DNA of 64,000 nucleotides from Botryllus schlosseri. Taxonomy: Eukaryota. The notes beneath the pieces were generated by a model. It was not told the DNA's origin. It worked only from the letters and a program-made list of their open reading frames with translations, and made no database searches. The translations under genes were made by a program, and so were the position numbers. Numbering within the stretch: the stretch's first letter is position 1; each line of letters begins with the position of its first letter. The stretch spans positions 3,350,001-3,414,000 of the forward strand of contig CM119378.1 in the NCBI GenBank assembly GCA_051294905.1, written 5' to 3'. This document shows, one piece after another, positions 14,234 to 28,950 of this stretch.

Positions 14234-14536
14234 CTGCCCAATAATACAGTATCATTTCATATCAATCTTACGATTACGCTTGTGACCATATGGGTTCGGC
14301 TGGTGTCTCGTAGGTCTTATGGGGAAATTCGACGAATATAGTTTTCGAGATACGACTCTTCATAACGCCATCCCAGCATTGAAGATATGGAAAGTTCATA
14401 TATGAACCTTTTTTGCTAAACACAATAAATATAATGATAATGATAGTACTAAATCACATTCAAGATAAGTTGTTATATTTTCGACCCTGCCTATGTTAAT
14501 TTATTTTGCGATAATGTCGTTTGGGTTGATCACGAC

Positions 14537-14729
14537 CAATGTTCCCTCTAATTTTTGCCGGGTCTGAGCACACTCACCAACTCACTGCGCAGACCCTTGG
14601 AAACAGTGCGTTACGACTAAAAAAAAGGTCATCACTTCGGATTTCTTGTGCGCAACTTATATTTGCTGTGCGCAGAGACTGTGTCAGCACTGCGCATATG
14701 CGCACGTGCGCAGCTTAGAGGGAACATTG
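14537..14729. mobile_element. 193-bp hAT-type MITE
   Basis: TIR CAATGTTCCCTCTAA, TSD ATCACGAC and TGCGCA internal repeats. Confidence 0.9.
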
Positions 14730-17039
14730 ATCACGACAGAAATTTCATTTCCATGGCCATGTTCGCTTGATCAAAGAATACCGGCTGAAACTAGTGCCAC
14801 AATTTAGTATAGTACAGTCTAATAAATGACAGACAGTCAGCATAGCAGATCTGGTTTCATCGGTGGCTTCGAGGATTCACTTACAACTGGCTGTCTTCCC
14901 TTGAACCCAGCCACCCACAAGCACACCGTTGTTGACCACTGCTGACCTCAATCCTTGGAATAGGAAGGGTTATGGTATAGGAATGGTGTCCGGCGTAACT
15001 TATAAATCATAATCCGCTGTGACAACCCCGTGTGGACGACACAAGTCGAACGATGCACTCGCATAGTCTTGTGAATGACTGCGCATAGCATGGCTGCTGC
15101 ACCCATAATACCAAATGAGAATACTGTCAATATATGAGTTACTACTTGTAAGTACATGCTTATGTTAAGTTTTACCGATCATTATATCTCTGTGTTAGTG
15201 GTGTCTATTGTCCCTGTTAAGTCCAATAAGTTATAAAAATTAGCTGATAATTTATGCACGAGAAATTAGAGATATCTGCATGCCCACTATCGAGTCGTCC
15301 ATTGGCCATGTCCCAGTGGCGGCTCGTGACAATATCGGGTGGTGGGGCAAGGGATGCAAGCGACTTTTTATCAATATGACGTCACAATTGCGTTTTCCAA
15401 CGTTAACAAGTAACTTGATGATGGTACGGTAACATGAATTTCCCGACAACAGTAACTTTAACCAGTGACGTGCAGTCCAACGAGACAGATGAGGCAGTGC
15501 CTCACCTGTCGTCTGGATGAGTAAGTGAAAATTGTGAAACCCCTCCATGAGTCGATGATTATATTGATGTTACACATCCACGTTCATAAATAACTCAATT
15601 TGAACATTTTTTTCATCCAACATCATCAATTTACATCATTATCATCAAAAATACACCGGGAAAAGACAGGTGCGGCACAGGTGAGGCACGGGCGGGTCGT
15701 GCCTCATCTGCAACAATGCAATTGATCATAAATAGCTCGGAATTCTTAATAACTGGTATCAATGAAACGCTATGTTCACACTGATTCCGGAAATCTAAAT
15801 ATTAACAGTGTCAGGGCACCAGAGCCCCCCAAAATCGTCAAGGAAGGTGACCTTCGCGTTTATTACAGACAATGCCATCGTAGAGAAACAATGGCTAGGT
15901 GAGGCACAAACGAATCTGCTTCATGCACTATTCGCTAACAATTGGACAATCGAAACATTTTGAAACGCGCTATCGATTTCGGAATCCAACAGTCTTGTAG
16001 GAATTATATAAGAAGCGACGGCCAATGCGTAATGCGAAGCCAATACTTTCCCTTACTTATGTAGCTGTTATGTATTTTGCATCCATAGCTACGTTAAATT
16101 GTGGTATGTGATAGCTACTTGCATAGGCTTCATTGTCGTTGTTCGTGTCCTTTATGCTGTGTTCGACTGCAATCCCTTTAACCCCTTATATTGTGGCATG
16201 TGATAGCCATAGCCATATACCTACAAAGCCTGCGTTGTTGTTTGTGGTCAGTGGTGCCACTCCTAAACACTAGATCTAGTGTATTTTGACATGACCTATT
16301 CACTGAAAAAATGTAACTGAGGATGCTTTTTTGATGTTTTTCGAATAATTTATACCGGAAGGCCTACTTGAAGAGATCTTAATTTTTATTTGTCTAAACT
16401 TTTAGCACAATAGGACCAGTCCTACATGTATCATAGAATGTGGAATTGCAACGGCTATCAGTGGCAAAGAAAATGCTCTCTATACCCGCTGCTGTTGTTA
16501 TTCACATTTTAGGTCTCATTATCAGGTGCTTTACGCGCTTGCGTGCGTGTTGTGTGTGTACGTTGGGGTGGAGGCGGCGTGCCTCACCAGCCATGAACCT
16601 CAACCGCACGTCACTGACTTTAACGTATGCGCCGCGAGAGGGCTGCCGGTGAGCTGTGACTTGAAGTGTGGTAACTGCGCAAACGGCGTACTGAACAAAG
16701 ATTCAACACGGTTCGTGTTCGCACTTGACCTGACTAATTATCTGCAGAAATGGAAATGACTGTAACTCGAGAGATTGCGTAAGCCTTACTGGAAAGGTCA
16801 ACGATTTCGGACATATACGCAATTGTTATCTCATAGATTGGGCCTGTCATATTGAATCCAAAACATCATCCTGAAGAACTAAGGATAGCAGCCTCGGAAA
16901 TTCGGTCTCGGTACAGCATATGAGATTTTGGCCTTGAAACTGGAGACTGTAACACGACACATACGACTTACTGTCTATATGTCTGCTGCGAAATCGCCTT
17001 TGCAAAATATATTACTGAATAAATACATGGATGAAAGCC

Positions 17040-18000
17040 GTAAACTTCGTACACTGTTACATGACATCATCGAGAAGTAGCCTCATGACCCTTTTCGGTA
17101 TGGTACACTGTCAAAATTAATATGAACAGACCAACACCGAATTTTGCGTAAAATTTACTGACGAATAGGCTGATAAAGTGATCATCAGCTGTTAGGCGCC
17201 ATCGCGCTTGACAGGGGGTTGTAAGCTAATGGCTTGAAGGCCAAGACATTGGAGAATATAAAATAAAAGTAAATATTTGAATGCAAACCGAGAATGTTAG
17301 TAAACTGTCTCATGATATCATCATCTCATCACCGATCTCAGTATGGAACACAGTTAACGTTAGCACAGATACACAGGCTTTTGCGTGGAATCCGCAATGC
17401 CTTAGGTAGGCTAAAGTGTCAGATCAGCGCACATCTCTACGATACTCGGTCTTGATAACAAAATTGCTGCCTAATCATTGAGTGTCAACCTTGAGACTTG
17501 GCACAGCGTTCGATACTAAAATCAAGACATACCGTGCAAACGCTCATGAATAATGATGGATCTAGGTGAGGAGCATCGTTAAAATCAATAGAGACCAATA
17601 CCGGCTTTGCGTAAAATCTGATAGCGATAAATGACGAGTCAGCTCTCACTCGACTTAGGAAACTAAATTACCACTATCATAGTTCAGTGACAAACTTAAA
17701 ACTTGGTACAGCATTCGATACTAACATACTAACTTACCGTGCCAAATGTCATGACCGATCTCGGTATGGAACATCGTCAAAATCAATGGATACCAATACC
17801 GGCTTTTGAGTAAAATCTGTTTACGATGCATGACGGATCAGCACGCACTCAACTTCGAAAACGGAATTACTACCCTAATCTTCAAGTAGAAACCCTGAAA
17901 CTTGGGGCAGTATTAAATACCACCATCACGACATAACATACCAAGTTTCAAGAATTATCATGGTGTGAAACACCATCAAAATCGACCTATACCAGCAAAG
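17040..18000. repeat. Degenerate tandem repeat, ~5 units of ~200-240 bp
   Basis: GATCTCGGTATGGAACA...AAAATCAAT...ATACCGGCTTTTG..TAAAATCTG...GAAACTTGG.ACAGC.TTCGATACTAA recurs at ~17090, 17330, 17560, 17755 and 17955. Confidence 0.7.
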
Positions 18001-19178
18001 GTCGACTCAACGCATATGACGGTAACCTAGTTCAGATATAGATACGATTGTTACATCACACCTTAAGGGCAACACGGCTATGTTGCCCCACCTGCTCGGC
18101 AATTTATGAATAGGAGAGAGTGACTCACTGTTTCTTTATTGTGCGCGGCTTTGAGAGAATAGACATTGAAAGCTTGTTTTGAGCGCTACCGGGGCATGCC
18201 CCGGCTAGGCATTCGCGAAGCGAAAACACGGAAGAGAATTCGATATTCGCAGAGACTTCGCTATATATGGGCATTTACAAGCGAAAGCATAAGAAGAATG
18301 CGATTTTCGCTGTGACTTCGGTATATATTGATTGCTGTGCGTCTGTAAATGATAAATAATTGTTATTGAACAGAAATTTAGGTGGGGCAATGGCCCAGTT
18401 GCCCTATAGGACGAGCCGCCACTGCCATGTCCGTTCGTTTCGTTTATGACGGACTCAAGTGACTTGACGCGACATAGATTACGTTGATTACTGGTTTAGG
18501 CTGATGCGCGTGACAAAGTAGTAAACTACCAACGCATGACTGTGACATCACACCCAGCGTCTGGATAGGTAAGTAAGAGGGTTCATTTATGCAAAATTAT
18601 ATGAAAATGGGAGAAGAAAGTAACAATATGTGTAGACAACCTTTCCATACTATAAAACTGCCTAGATGGCACATTGTATCATTACCGATAAATATTGTTG
18701 GTGGCACATGTGATGTGAAGCGGATGAGTATCGTTTAATCACGGGAGTCTCACTCATTTCATTCCGAAATTGACGGCGCCCCGTGCCGGCCTGCCATTAT
18801 CGGGTCTTGGACATGATGGACCTGGACTTGCCTTAGACTTTGATTGCATTTTCTTATCGTGGCAAAATCGTATCTCCTGGAATTTCATTTTTGTATGCCA
18901 TTATAGACCATGGTGCATTGTTGTGTAATCTTTGATTGCGGCGGAAAAGACCAACAAGTGATAAGCACCTATGTTTTTGTTGAATAAACAACAACATTAC
19001 TACAGATTACTGGTGAACAATAGGAACTGTTCATGTTCATTAACAATACCATTAAAATAAGATTTACATGCAAAACAAAAACAGTATATATTGAATTGCA
19101 GCCAGTGTGTGCTAGTGTAAGCCACTTCTGCTATTACCTTTTAGAGACCAGTTTGGAATGCTAGGCTTCGCCTTAGAA

Positions 19179-20282
19179 CAGTGGTCGGGAACCTTTTTCG
19201 TCCGAAGAGCCATATTGGCCCTATTTTTTCCAACTCAACTCCCAAAGAGCCATACATTCCAATCAACTGTTACGTCACCATTGGAATTCGTGACGTCATG
19301 GTAGCACGAATTCGAACTCACTACATGGGATTCCTCGTGTGCGCCACATTTTCTCTGTAAAAACTGGTATTTATTGTTCGAAAATAAAGCTCGAAACGAG
19401 AGGTAAGACGCAGACGCGCCAAGCCTCACCAATGATAACGTATGTAGCTTGGAATTTATTATAACTGTGATTGTCACACTGATTCCAAAAATCTAAATAC
19501 TGACATAACGTTGCGCTACACGCATATATTTTGGCGCCGTTACTACATATAACGTAGCGAACGTGGAACGTGGCTATAGCTATGGCGTTGTTTGTAATTC
19601 GAGTTTGTAATCGTTATAATGTCACGTTCATAACAGTTCATTTCGCGCCGTAGAACACGAAGACAATGTGAATTTGAGAACTGCGTTATGAAATGAGCGT
19701 CGCAAAGCCTGCTATGTTCTTTGATTCAACGTATCACCAGTCATTTCAATGGCATGGGTTCGAATCCCATTGCTGCCATCACGCCAGGATACAGAGCCCG
19801 TACTCCCTGTTGCACCACGAAACGATCTCGACACGCGATAAACGCTTATTACTGAAGAGACATCCTAACAGCACGAGTAGTCGTTATTTCAGGCAACTAA
19901 ATAAACAGCGCAATCAGAGAACTAATCAATAGCCTGCCAATTAACAGGAGCCGAGGTTCGGCTCCAGTATAACACAAGAAATACTGGTACTGGCGCATAG
20001 AATTCGCGAGTGATATTGGCCGGCGGCGTGACTGTAACTTAAATTTGATTATTTTGAAGAGAGGGGGTCCGAGCCCCTAAACCAGAAGAAGGCATTGTCA
20101 TTACCTCTCGAAGACATGCTTATACTGCCACGAGAATAACTGTTTTGGCCGTTATGGAAATTTACCAACAAGTCGCTGCAATATTAATCAATTCAGAACA
20201 AAAATATATATTTGGCAAAGAGGCATATCTTATACCCAAAAGAGCCATATATGGCTCGCGAGCCATAGGTTCCCGACCACTG
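19179..20282. mobile_element. hAT-Charlie MITE
   Basis: CAGTGGTCGGGAACC...GGTTCCCGACCACTG with a perfect TSD CCTTAGAA and GAGCCATA subterminal motifs. Confidence 0.9.
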
Positions 20283-20715
20283 CCTTAGAACGTTTCATCG
20301 TGTTGTTCGGTCGAAACGTAGCAGCGTGATACCAATTGCAAAATTGCAAATTACGTAATATAAATTGTTGGTATATTGTAGGTAGGTAGGATTTTCAGTA
20401 CGACAGGATTTCTATTTCGAATTGCAACTTCTCCTGCCTACGATACTGCACCAAACTGTCTCATAATGAGTGGGACTAATTAAGTGCAACGAATAATGGC
20501 CAAGGCGGCCGTGTCATCACAAATCGTATGAATTGAGTGTGTGATCTACAGAGAATCCCCGAGAATGGCTCCGAAACGCCCATTCACTGCCTTAAATGAT
20601 CGATAGCCTATATATACGTAACTATTATGATCTTCTATATCGGGCTTAGATTTAACGCCAACGCGAATACAGTATTATAACAGACGGATTGTTGAATGCA
20701 AATATTTTGACTTAC

Positions 20716-20777
20716 GGACACACTCAAACTCGGTAGCTGTCGACCACGTTCCGTCAAATCCGCATGACGTCTCTATG
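20716..20777 (-). pseudogene. Truncated 3' part of a CCP1 exon, probably the remnant for cassette B
   Basis: IETSCGFDGTWSTATEFECV followed by a GTAAGT donor and intron sequence homologous to ~8760-8856. Homology stops abruptly at ~20777. Confidence 0.75.
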
Positions 20778-21201
20778 CTGATTCTAAGAACAAATCGAGC
20801 TGGATTGTTGCATTTCCCGATCAACGTTTGCAAAGCCTTTGACGGAATGAATTGATTCCAATTCTCAGCCATACACAATAACACAATGACCAATTTCGCG
20901 TTTCAATTAAAATGACTGCCACGAAAGTCAGGCTCATGAATTATTGTGAACACGGGAACACGACTCGCGGCGATTATGGGTGCAAAAGCAATTTAAATTT
21001 GAGGAAGAGGAAGTGTATTTCTTCCTCTAATCGTGAGAAGACAAGTTGTTTGGCAATTTTGCCAAATCGAACAGGGAACTGTATCAAATTACATAAATTC
21101 TTCGCGTCCCAACCGAAATAGCTTCACGACGCACTGGTACAATATAATTAACCTGAGCCTTGTGCGTTTTATGCGATCAGTGCCAATTACTGCAGCATAG
21201 C

Positions 21202-21627
21202 TAGGGTTGCATTTAAAACAAACGATGTTTTAAAACACTTTGTTTAAAACATGTTTTAAGCAGTGTTTTAAACAAAGGCCTTTTGAATTTTTTTTTTCAA
21301 GGTATAAAATTATACCATAATTGTGTAAATACTTCCCAAAAAACATGCTGTACGAGCCTGCGGACAATTACCAACGGATATAGCCGACGTATATCGATAT
21401 GGGATGGTTGGAACCCTCAAAATAGTCAGTTCAACAGCAATAGTACGGATATTTCGTAAAAGGAGCTATATTTACCCTATATTTTCTATTATCAATGTCA
21501 GCCCACTATGACGTCACAATTGAATATTCGTGACGTCATGACTTAAAAAAAGCAGAACAAAAAACATTAAAAAACATGTTTTAAACATGACTGTTTTAAA
21601 TTTATTATTGTTTTAAATGCAACCCTA
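21202..21627. mobile_element. hAT-type MITE, TTTAAAAC-rich family, copy 1
   Basis: TAGGGTTGCATTTAAAAC TIRs and TSD AGCATAGC. Confidence 0.9.
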
Positions 21628-24600
21628 AGCATAGCGCAGTCGCAATTCATTTATTACGCACCAGAACAGTATTTTTGATGCACTGTCTGCCTTTTCGCAT
21701 GATCAATTGATCATGTAACTGTATCGAACAATTGATTTTCCGCCTAATTTTGGACAACGCGGTTTTTCCGATTAATTCGGTCAAAAGTGAACGGAACCAA
21801 AGTGTTCGAATTAAGTCGAATCGACTGTATGATGTTCCGGCGCTTTGGCAGTTGAATGCGTAGTATATTCTATATTTTGCGACGTAACTATATTTGCTGA
21901 TTACCTAGCCCAATTCTACATATACGTACTTACTTGCCAAATACAATGTTCCCATACCCAACACCGCAGCAGCACCAAGTGCAAGTTGGGCCATCCCGTG
22001 TAATTAGAATTTTGTCTGAGCTGAAGTATGGGAAAAATCAACGATAAGGAGATTTTACATCTGCATGTGTCCAGGTTTGTGAAAAAACCATTTCCGCAGC
22101 TGCAGCTCAGCATAAGTGTTTACGTACTGGTACACACTACACATTTGCACCCACACAAATGCGTTGGCCTTCACACCGAGCTGACCAGCGAATCATTACC
22201 AAAATGCTCGGAATGCCTTGAAAATAAAAGTGCATCGCTGCGATAACCATCACAATATGTGCACAATTGGATATATTATATTGTCGAGTAAAGAGATTAC
22301 TGGCAGTAGCCCTGCTCGTGCGTACCGGAATTTAGGCTCATAAATAATCTTACTCGTGTGATATCCTAATTAATTGTTTTGTGGGTTATTGTATACATTA
22401 TGATGACGTTTCCTTGTAAATGTAATTTAGTGAGGCATGACGTCATGACATACCCAACTTAGCATGACCATATCACTCCCGCTTGACCGCCTTGTCCAAT
22501 CGTTTTTCTCTGGTTGCTTGCACAGAGATGCAGCGATAAATGGGGACCAAGAAACATTAACGATGTTCAATTACGCTCCCTGCATTTTCGAAATCATCAT
22601 CCTCCTCCTGCTCTACCGCCAACTCTGTTTATATGGGCGGAGAGAGGATGAACATTATATATAGTAATATATGGAAGAACCTATATTATTGACAGAATTC
22701 ATTCACAAAATTCAACGACCAGATGCATATAGTAAGCCCCCCACAAGTTGTGACGGCTACCCTATGGTGGGCCCAAGAACCGTTTTATTTGAGCAGGAGG
22801 GGTTTGAAAAATGTTGTTTCGGTCATGGTTCAACACACAAACACATAATCAAGCTCCCGAACCAGATCGGCACCATCTCTGGTAGATAGGCAAAGCTTTG
22901 CTAGTGTCACATCATATTGGCAGACAATGTGTTCATACCTCATTTTAAAATGCGCCAGTGAGCGCTAAAGAATGTCTGGAATTTGCGCCACAAAATATGG
23001 TAACCCTAGTCTAGAGGAAGCGACTAAATTTCATCAAACCACAAGGTGTCCGCATCCAAGGAATCGCAACTTGTACATGTAGATTATAAGAATGTCTTTA
23101 TCTGCATGTGGAGAACATCATGTGCCAGAATCTACTGTTTTTGTTGTTTCGAAATAAGCCATTGTCCTGTTTCCAGCTAAATTATATTCGTCACCAGCTA
23201 AAACGGTGTTAGCGTTGGCAACAACATTCCATCGATGGAGAATCAACTGATATGAATGGGCATATTGCCTTGACGTGCAATGGCCCAAATACCGCCAAGA
23301 CCGAGACGCTCAGAAAACGGCTTAGGGCTTCCACACAAGATCAAGCTTTACCTGGAGATCGTCTTTCAGCTAGTAACGTATCTCGCTAGCCCTAATATCG
23401 CTGAAAACCGTTGCCTGGTATCGTGCACTGCACAGCTCAGAGTTAAAAATTAAATGAAATTGATGATAATGATTTTTTGTTGTATGTATTCCTTTAATAC
23501 AACATTACTTCTTTTGTGGTAACTAAACCCATCGACTATGTTAGCTAGCACAGCGTTATACTGACGTAAAGTTTTAAAACGTGGTTGCCTATTTTATATC
23601 GATATTGAATTCATGCGGCCCGCGGCCGCTATGAAATGTGAAAAGTGGCCCGCGACCTGTTTTGAGAGGGTGACCCCTGATCTAATCTAAAATTTCGGCT
23701 ATCTCATACGATGCTCGTCCGTCCGTCCAGGCGTATACTTTCTTATTGCTTTTCCAAGTATGCTGGATAGTAGAATATGATATCCATCTTTCCGGTCTGG
23801 CGATTTCAATCTATTCAGATAATGCTGCTCTGTTCTGAACGCAACAGACTGATGTCAAATCAATTGACTTGAAGTTTTATAGACGTGTTTACAGTATCTT
23901 ATGGGAATCAACAGCCTTTGGAGCGAAGCATTTGCTACAGTGAGTTAAAGATTAACTTAAGCACAATAAATACCACGCCACCCAGAAAAGGAATTGCCAA
24001 TAAAGACGACAACAAATGGACATCGATATTTAGACTTTCCTTATATATAGGACAACTATACAAGATACATAAGCTACAGCAGCTACAGCGCCGGTCTCGT
24101 GACCTGGTAAATTGGTATAAGGCAGCAGGCGTCTGACGTCAGCAAAATTATTATGTTGACCGAGGCTCATTTTCGTAGGGAACAGGATGTGCTATGTGTA
24201 GTAGAGTTGTTCTCAACTTTTTAAGGACTGGTAAAATTACGCAACATATTTTGCGGACCGGTGAACCTTCAAAAGTCGAAAATAACCCAAATTGGGAAAA
24301 ATTGTAAACTTCAATTTAATGAGAAATTGTGTTCAGTCGTTCTTATATTAGACGTGTTATAGGTGGTTCAATGCAAGGTGAAGTCCCGTTAAAACAACTT
24401 ACTTCATTTCGATTGTTCGGTTTCTTTTAAAAGAACTGCGACTTCTCTGTTTGCTAGCCTCTGCTACTGAATGTCTCTAAATGTTTATTGTGGAAATTTA
24501 TTGTGTTTTGTGTACAGAGTCGTCTTAGCTTTCACATATAACTATATATAGTCTTGAAAGGTATCTTCCTAGTATATAGTGTGGCCTGATTGGTCGCTAA

Positions 24601-26372
24601 GTATCGTGTACATATTATATTACTTTACCTTTACGGAAATGTAGGGCTGGAATTAGCAATATGACGTGACGTGACGTCATAGGTTCGTATTCACGTTCGT
24701 GTGCGTTCACACCTTTCAAAGAGGTTCGCTTTCACACGAACCTGAACATTTCAGGGGTTCCCACCTTCCCTGAATGACTTGATGACTTCTGATAACTCCT
24801 CATGTTAGCAGACGACACTGGCACTGCAGATGAAACAAATAAACGCTAGTTTTTCTTTATTTGAGTAATCATGTAGAAATCCAATGTATTCCTAGAATAT
24901 AACCAATTCCAAACAGAAAAATACATGAGCTAATATTTCTTAGCGAAGCTAGCTAGCATCTACGTTTCGCACGGGTCGCCGCAGACTCTGTCTGTGATGA
25001 GGAGCGCAAAGGTGGTGTGTAGGGGTCCGAAACCGTCAGCGATCATGACACGTCCCGGGTCTCCGGCAATTTGTAGGAGTTGATTTCCATCAAGGCTTCC
25101 CTTGCGTGGATTCATACCAACGGCATAGGTCTGCAAAGAAGAGTTTAGAAGGAGATAGCAACAATAGGCATTACGATAAGCTATTTTGATCAGATTCGAA
25201 AAAAACTAAAAATACGACACTTTGCAGATGCGCCCGGATTAGCTTGGAAACTATCATCGATCTTACAAATCTCTGAAGTGAAATTACTGAACAATAGCAT
25301 AAAATAATATTGATAATGGATACCAACGCCCCTCGTATATTGTGAGATAAATCCAAACCGCTTACAGTGACTCCTCTTCGCCTAAGATCCTGGGACGGCT
25401 TAAAGACGTCATCCTGGGACTTTCCGTCAGTGAGTACGATCAACAAATTCGGGGCATCGGCACGGTCGCCATTTTCTGGGGTCATGAGAACGTCGCCGGC
25501 ATATGATATAGCTTGACCGGTATTTGTTCCTATAACGCAACAACGACATTATTGTAATACGTTTTCGACGATATAATTTGATGCAGTTTCTGAGAAATTG
25601 TTACGTCGACAGGACACTCCAGTCCGTCACGGCTCTAGCAATAGAGAAGTTAGTCAAGTTACGTCGACTGATGTCGAATTGTAGCCATCAGTGACAGCCT
25701 ATTTCCCAACATTTTAGTTGGCACAGAAATAAAACATCTAAAGATTTCACAATCCTAAATCAGAAGAACAACGTACATACAAGTAGGCCCATAGGCTACA
25801 ATAAAACACCCAACTTACCACTTCCGTCGTATGGCAATCTGTCGAATGCATTCAGAAGACTCTCTTTGTTGTCGGGGAAATCGTTCAGTAGAATTTGATG
25901 TAGGCTGTCGACGGCTTTGTGGTAACGGATGAAGGCGAAGTGACCGGTGTCTTCGGAAATTGAGAAAGATCTGAATATGTCGATTTTTTTTAGTATAGAA
26001 TAATATTAAATAGTCTCATTTAGCACGTCTCAGTAGTAATAATAATAATAATAATGAAATGCTAGGCAAGCCTGGCTCATGTATGGTATATGGGCATTGG
26101 GCATGGGCATCTAAGATCGAAGAAGTGGGGACTATAACGACGAGAAGATATTTAAAATGCAACTACGCGGTAAAATGAAGAGAGATATCAGTAGGATATC
26201 GCGGCAGCGGTTCTCAACCTTTTTAACCCACGGACTATTTTCAAGCTCGCCTATACAGCCGCGGACTCAAACTATATATTAACGAAAAATGTTTTTTTTT
26301 ATATTTCAATTCTAAAGAGTTTAATGCGGTATCAACGAAAAAAGTCATCACTGCTTTTCACTCAACACACAG

Positions 26373-28195
26373 TCAATGGGATCTTTCTCCTTGAACTTGC
26401 TTGACAAGTTGAACTAATTCCAGAATTATGGTAGTCAATTCACATCTGATGTCATCTTCTGGTTGAAGTCTTTTACGATACTTCGTTTTGATCATCGTCA
26501 GAGTTGAAAATCCAGAGTCGCACAGGTACGTGTTTGGAAATTGCAACAGAGTTTTTGCAGCTTGCTCGCAAATATCTGAAAGACTAGGCTCCATCGACTA
26601 CACATTTGCCCAAAATTGAGTCAAAGAAACCTTGTTATACTTGTCTTTCCACATTTGTCGGCTTTGAAATTCATGCAATTTTTCAGCAATGCAGTCCATA
26701 TCTGAATGAACTTCTTGCGCTGTCACCCGAAAAGGATTCCGAACCCAATTAAAGATCTTGCAATAATCGTTAGAAGGAATATAACGATCAAATTCAGAAA
26801 GAAATATGTTGAGGTGCTCAAGAAAGATGGCGAGGATGACGTCCAAATTGATCTCTGTCTCTTCTACAAATAAGTTCAATCCTGGGAAAGCAGCTAACTT
26901 CCCACTTTTCACTCGATGCACCCACAGCTTTATTTTACCTTTGAATGCATCAATACTTTCCAAAATATCAAATAATAGTTTCTCTTTTCCTTGCATAGAA
27001 CTGTTCAGTTGGTTTACATGGCAGAAAACACCAGCCAAAAATAGCAACTTCGCAATCCATTCATCATCACGAAAGCGATCGGCAAGTATATGGCTTTGCT
27101 CTTTTAGAAAGACATGGGTTTCCTCTTTGTGAGTATAGCCACTCTCTCAAGCACCTTTCCTCGTGACAATGACAACCAACGAACAGTTGAATGAAACAGG
27201 AGCCCACTGAATTCCGCTCCCATTTCGTCACACAAAGCACGAAATAAGCGAGTGTTCAAAGGACGAGATTTAATATAATTTACCACAGATACAATCTCTT
27301 GAAAACTATAGCAAGATTTTTTTGTATTTCTCTTGTTGCCAAATTTTCTATGTGAAGAAGACAATGAACAACCGAAATGTTATTGCTTTCTTTTTCACAA
27401 AACTCATGAAGTCTTTCTTATACTTCCCGTCACGAATGGAGCACCGTCGGCACTCGGCACAAACAGACACGCAATTAGACCACTCAAGTTGATGTTCTTC
27501 AAAGAACAAATCCACTTTATTAAATATTTCTTCTCCCGCGGTATTTTTAGCAAGTGGACGGCAAAACAGAAACTGCTCAACGAAATCATTTGTGTCAAAC
27601 TATCGCACAAACACCATGAGCTGTGCATCACTTCCGATATCAGTTGTCTCATCCAGTTGCAAACTAAATCTTTTACAGCATCTTATGGCAGCGATTGTTT
27701 GTTGCAGAAGATTTCTTGAGAGATCTTCGATACGCCGCTTCATGGTGTCGTTTGACAAAGGAACCATTGCCAGTTTGTTAGCAACAGCATCACCACACAT
27801 TATCCTGGCCATTTCAACAGATGCTGGTTTAATCAAATTTTCTCCAGCAGTGTAAGGTGCTTTTCCACCAGCGATTATCCCTACAACCGCAAAAGAAGCA
27901 CGCATTGCCTGAAGGTGAGAATATATTATTCCTCCCCAAGCAGTTAGGCGATCAATGCGACTTCGCTTCACCTGATGCTCTTTTTCTTTAAATACTTCAA
28001 GAGATTTGTTAACAAAATTTTTATGGTATGATTCTAGGTGCCGACATAGTTTCGTGTTATTTAAAGAGCTGTTTGAGCTAAGACTGTTGAGCACAGCACA
28101 CACTGCGGCCTCACTTCGCCATTCACCTCAATCGAAGTAAATCCAAGCTTTAAGTATTCATCATTGTATGCAAAAACTTGCTTTCTTTTAGCCAT
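26373..28195 (-). pseudogene. Frameshifted hAT-Buster transposase
   Basis: Pieces spread across several frames: MAKRKQVFAYNDEYLKLGFT..RPQCVLC (BED-finger region), FSLQLDETTDI, DGAPFVTG, HSTVRWLSLSRGKVLERV, FPNTYLCDSGFS (dimerisation domain). Confidence 0.9.
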
Positions 28196-28267
28196 TTTAA
28201 CCGGTTGGTACGGGCGAGTCTAGTAAGGTCTGTAAAGTTATATATCTCAAGTTCTACTGATAACACT

Positions 28268-28950
28268 GATGGTCTACAAATTTCGAAATAAATTTTACGC
28301 CAAAAATTTTAATGATTGATAGAGGCTAATTTAAGGTTGCTGAATCCGATTCTGTGCTCAGAATTCCTGTGTCACGTCAGATTTTTTCTGTATGAATTTT
28401 TCTCATTTTCATAAATTAATCGAATTACAGCTTTCGTTAATGACATCGAGGTTTAGCATACAAGAGCAACAGATTAAATAATGTTATTGAAATAATCTAT
28501 CATGAAACCTGGGTGGTTGTAGTACCGAATGAGTGAGTTTTCGGTGAACTTGAATCCAAGGATTCTCTATCTTCGTTCAATCATAAGCTCTTTTCGACCC
28601 ATAAAATTACACTGGTCTGCAAATTTCAAAAAAAAATTGCCTCAAAAATTTTAATGATTGATTTATGCTAATATTAGGATGCTGAATCGGATTCTGTGGT
28701 AAGCATTTCTCTATCACGTCAGAATTATTCGGTATGTATTTTCTCATTTTCATAAATTAATCAAATTTCGGCTTTCGTTAGTGACATTACGGTGAGCGTA
28801 CAACAGCAACAGATCAAATATTGTTTTCGAAATCATCTATAATGATCAAACCTGGGTTGTTGTAGAACAGAATAACTGAGTTTTTGGTGAACTTGAATCC
28901 TGTGGTTCTCTATTTTCTTTAGGTCGGGACCTCTTTTCGACCCATAAACG
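28268..28950. repeat. Two tandem copies of a ~340-bp unit inside the hAT element
   Basis: GGTCT(A/G)CAAATTTC...AAAAATTTTAATGATTGAT...GCTGAATC...TCACGTCAG...CTCTTTTCGACCCATAAA occurs at ~28270 and again at ~28615. Confidence 0.8.

Noticed and set aside
16440..16759. Cys-rich short ORFs
   Set aside because: No recognisable motif or exon structure; probably a TE remnant.
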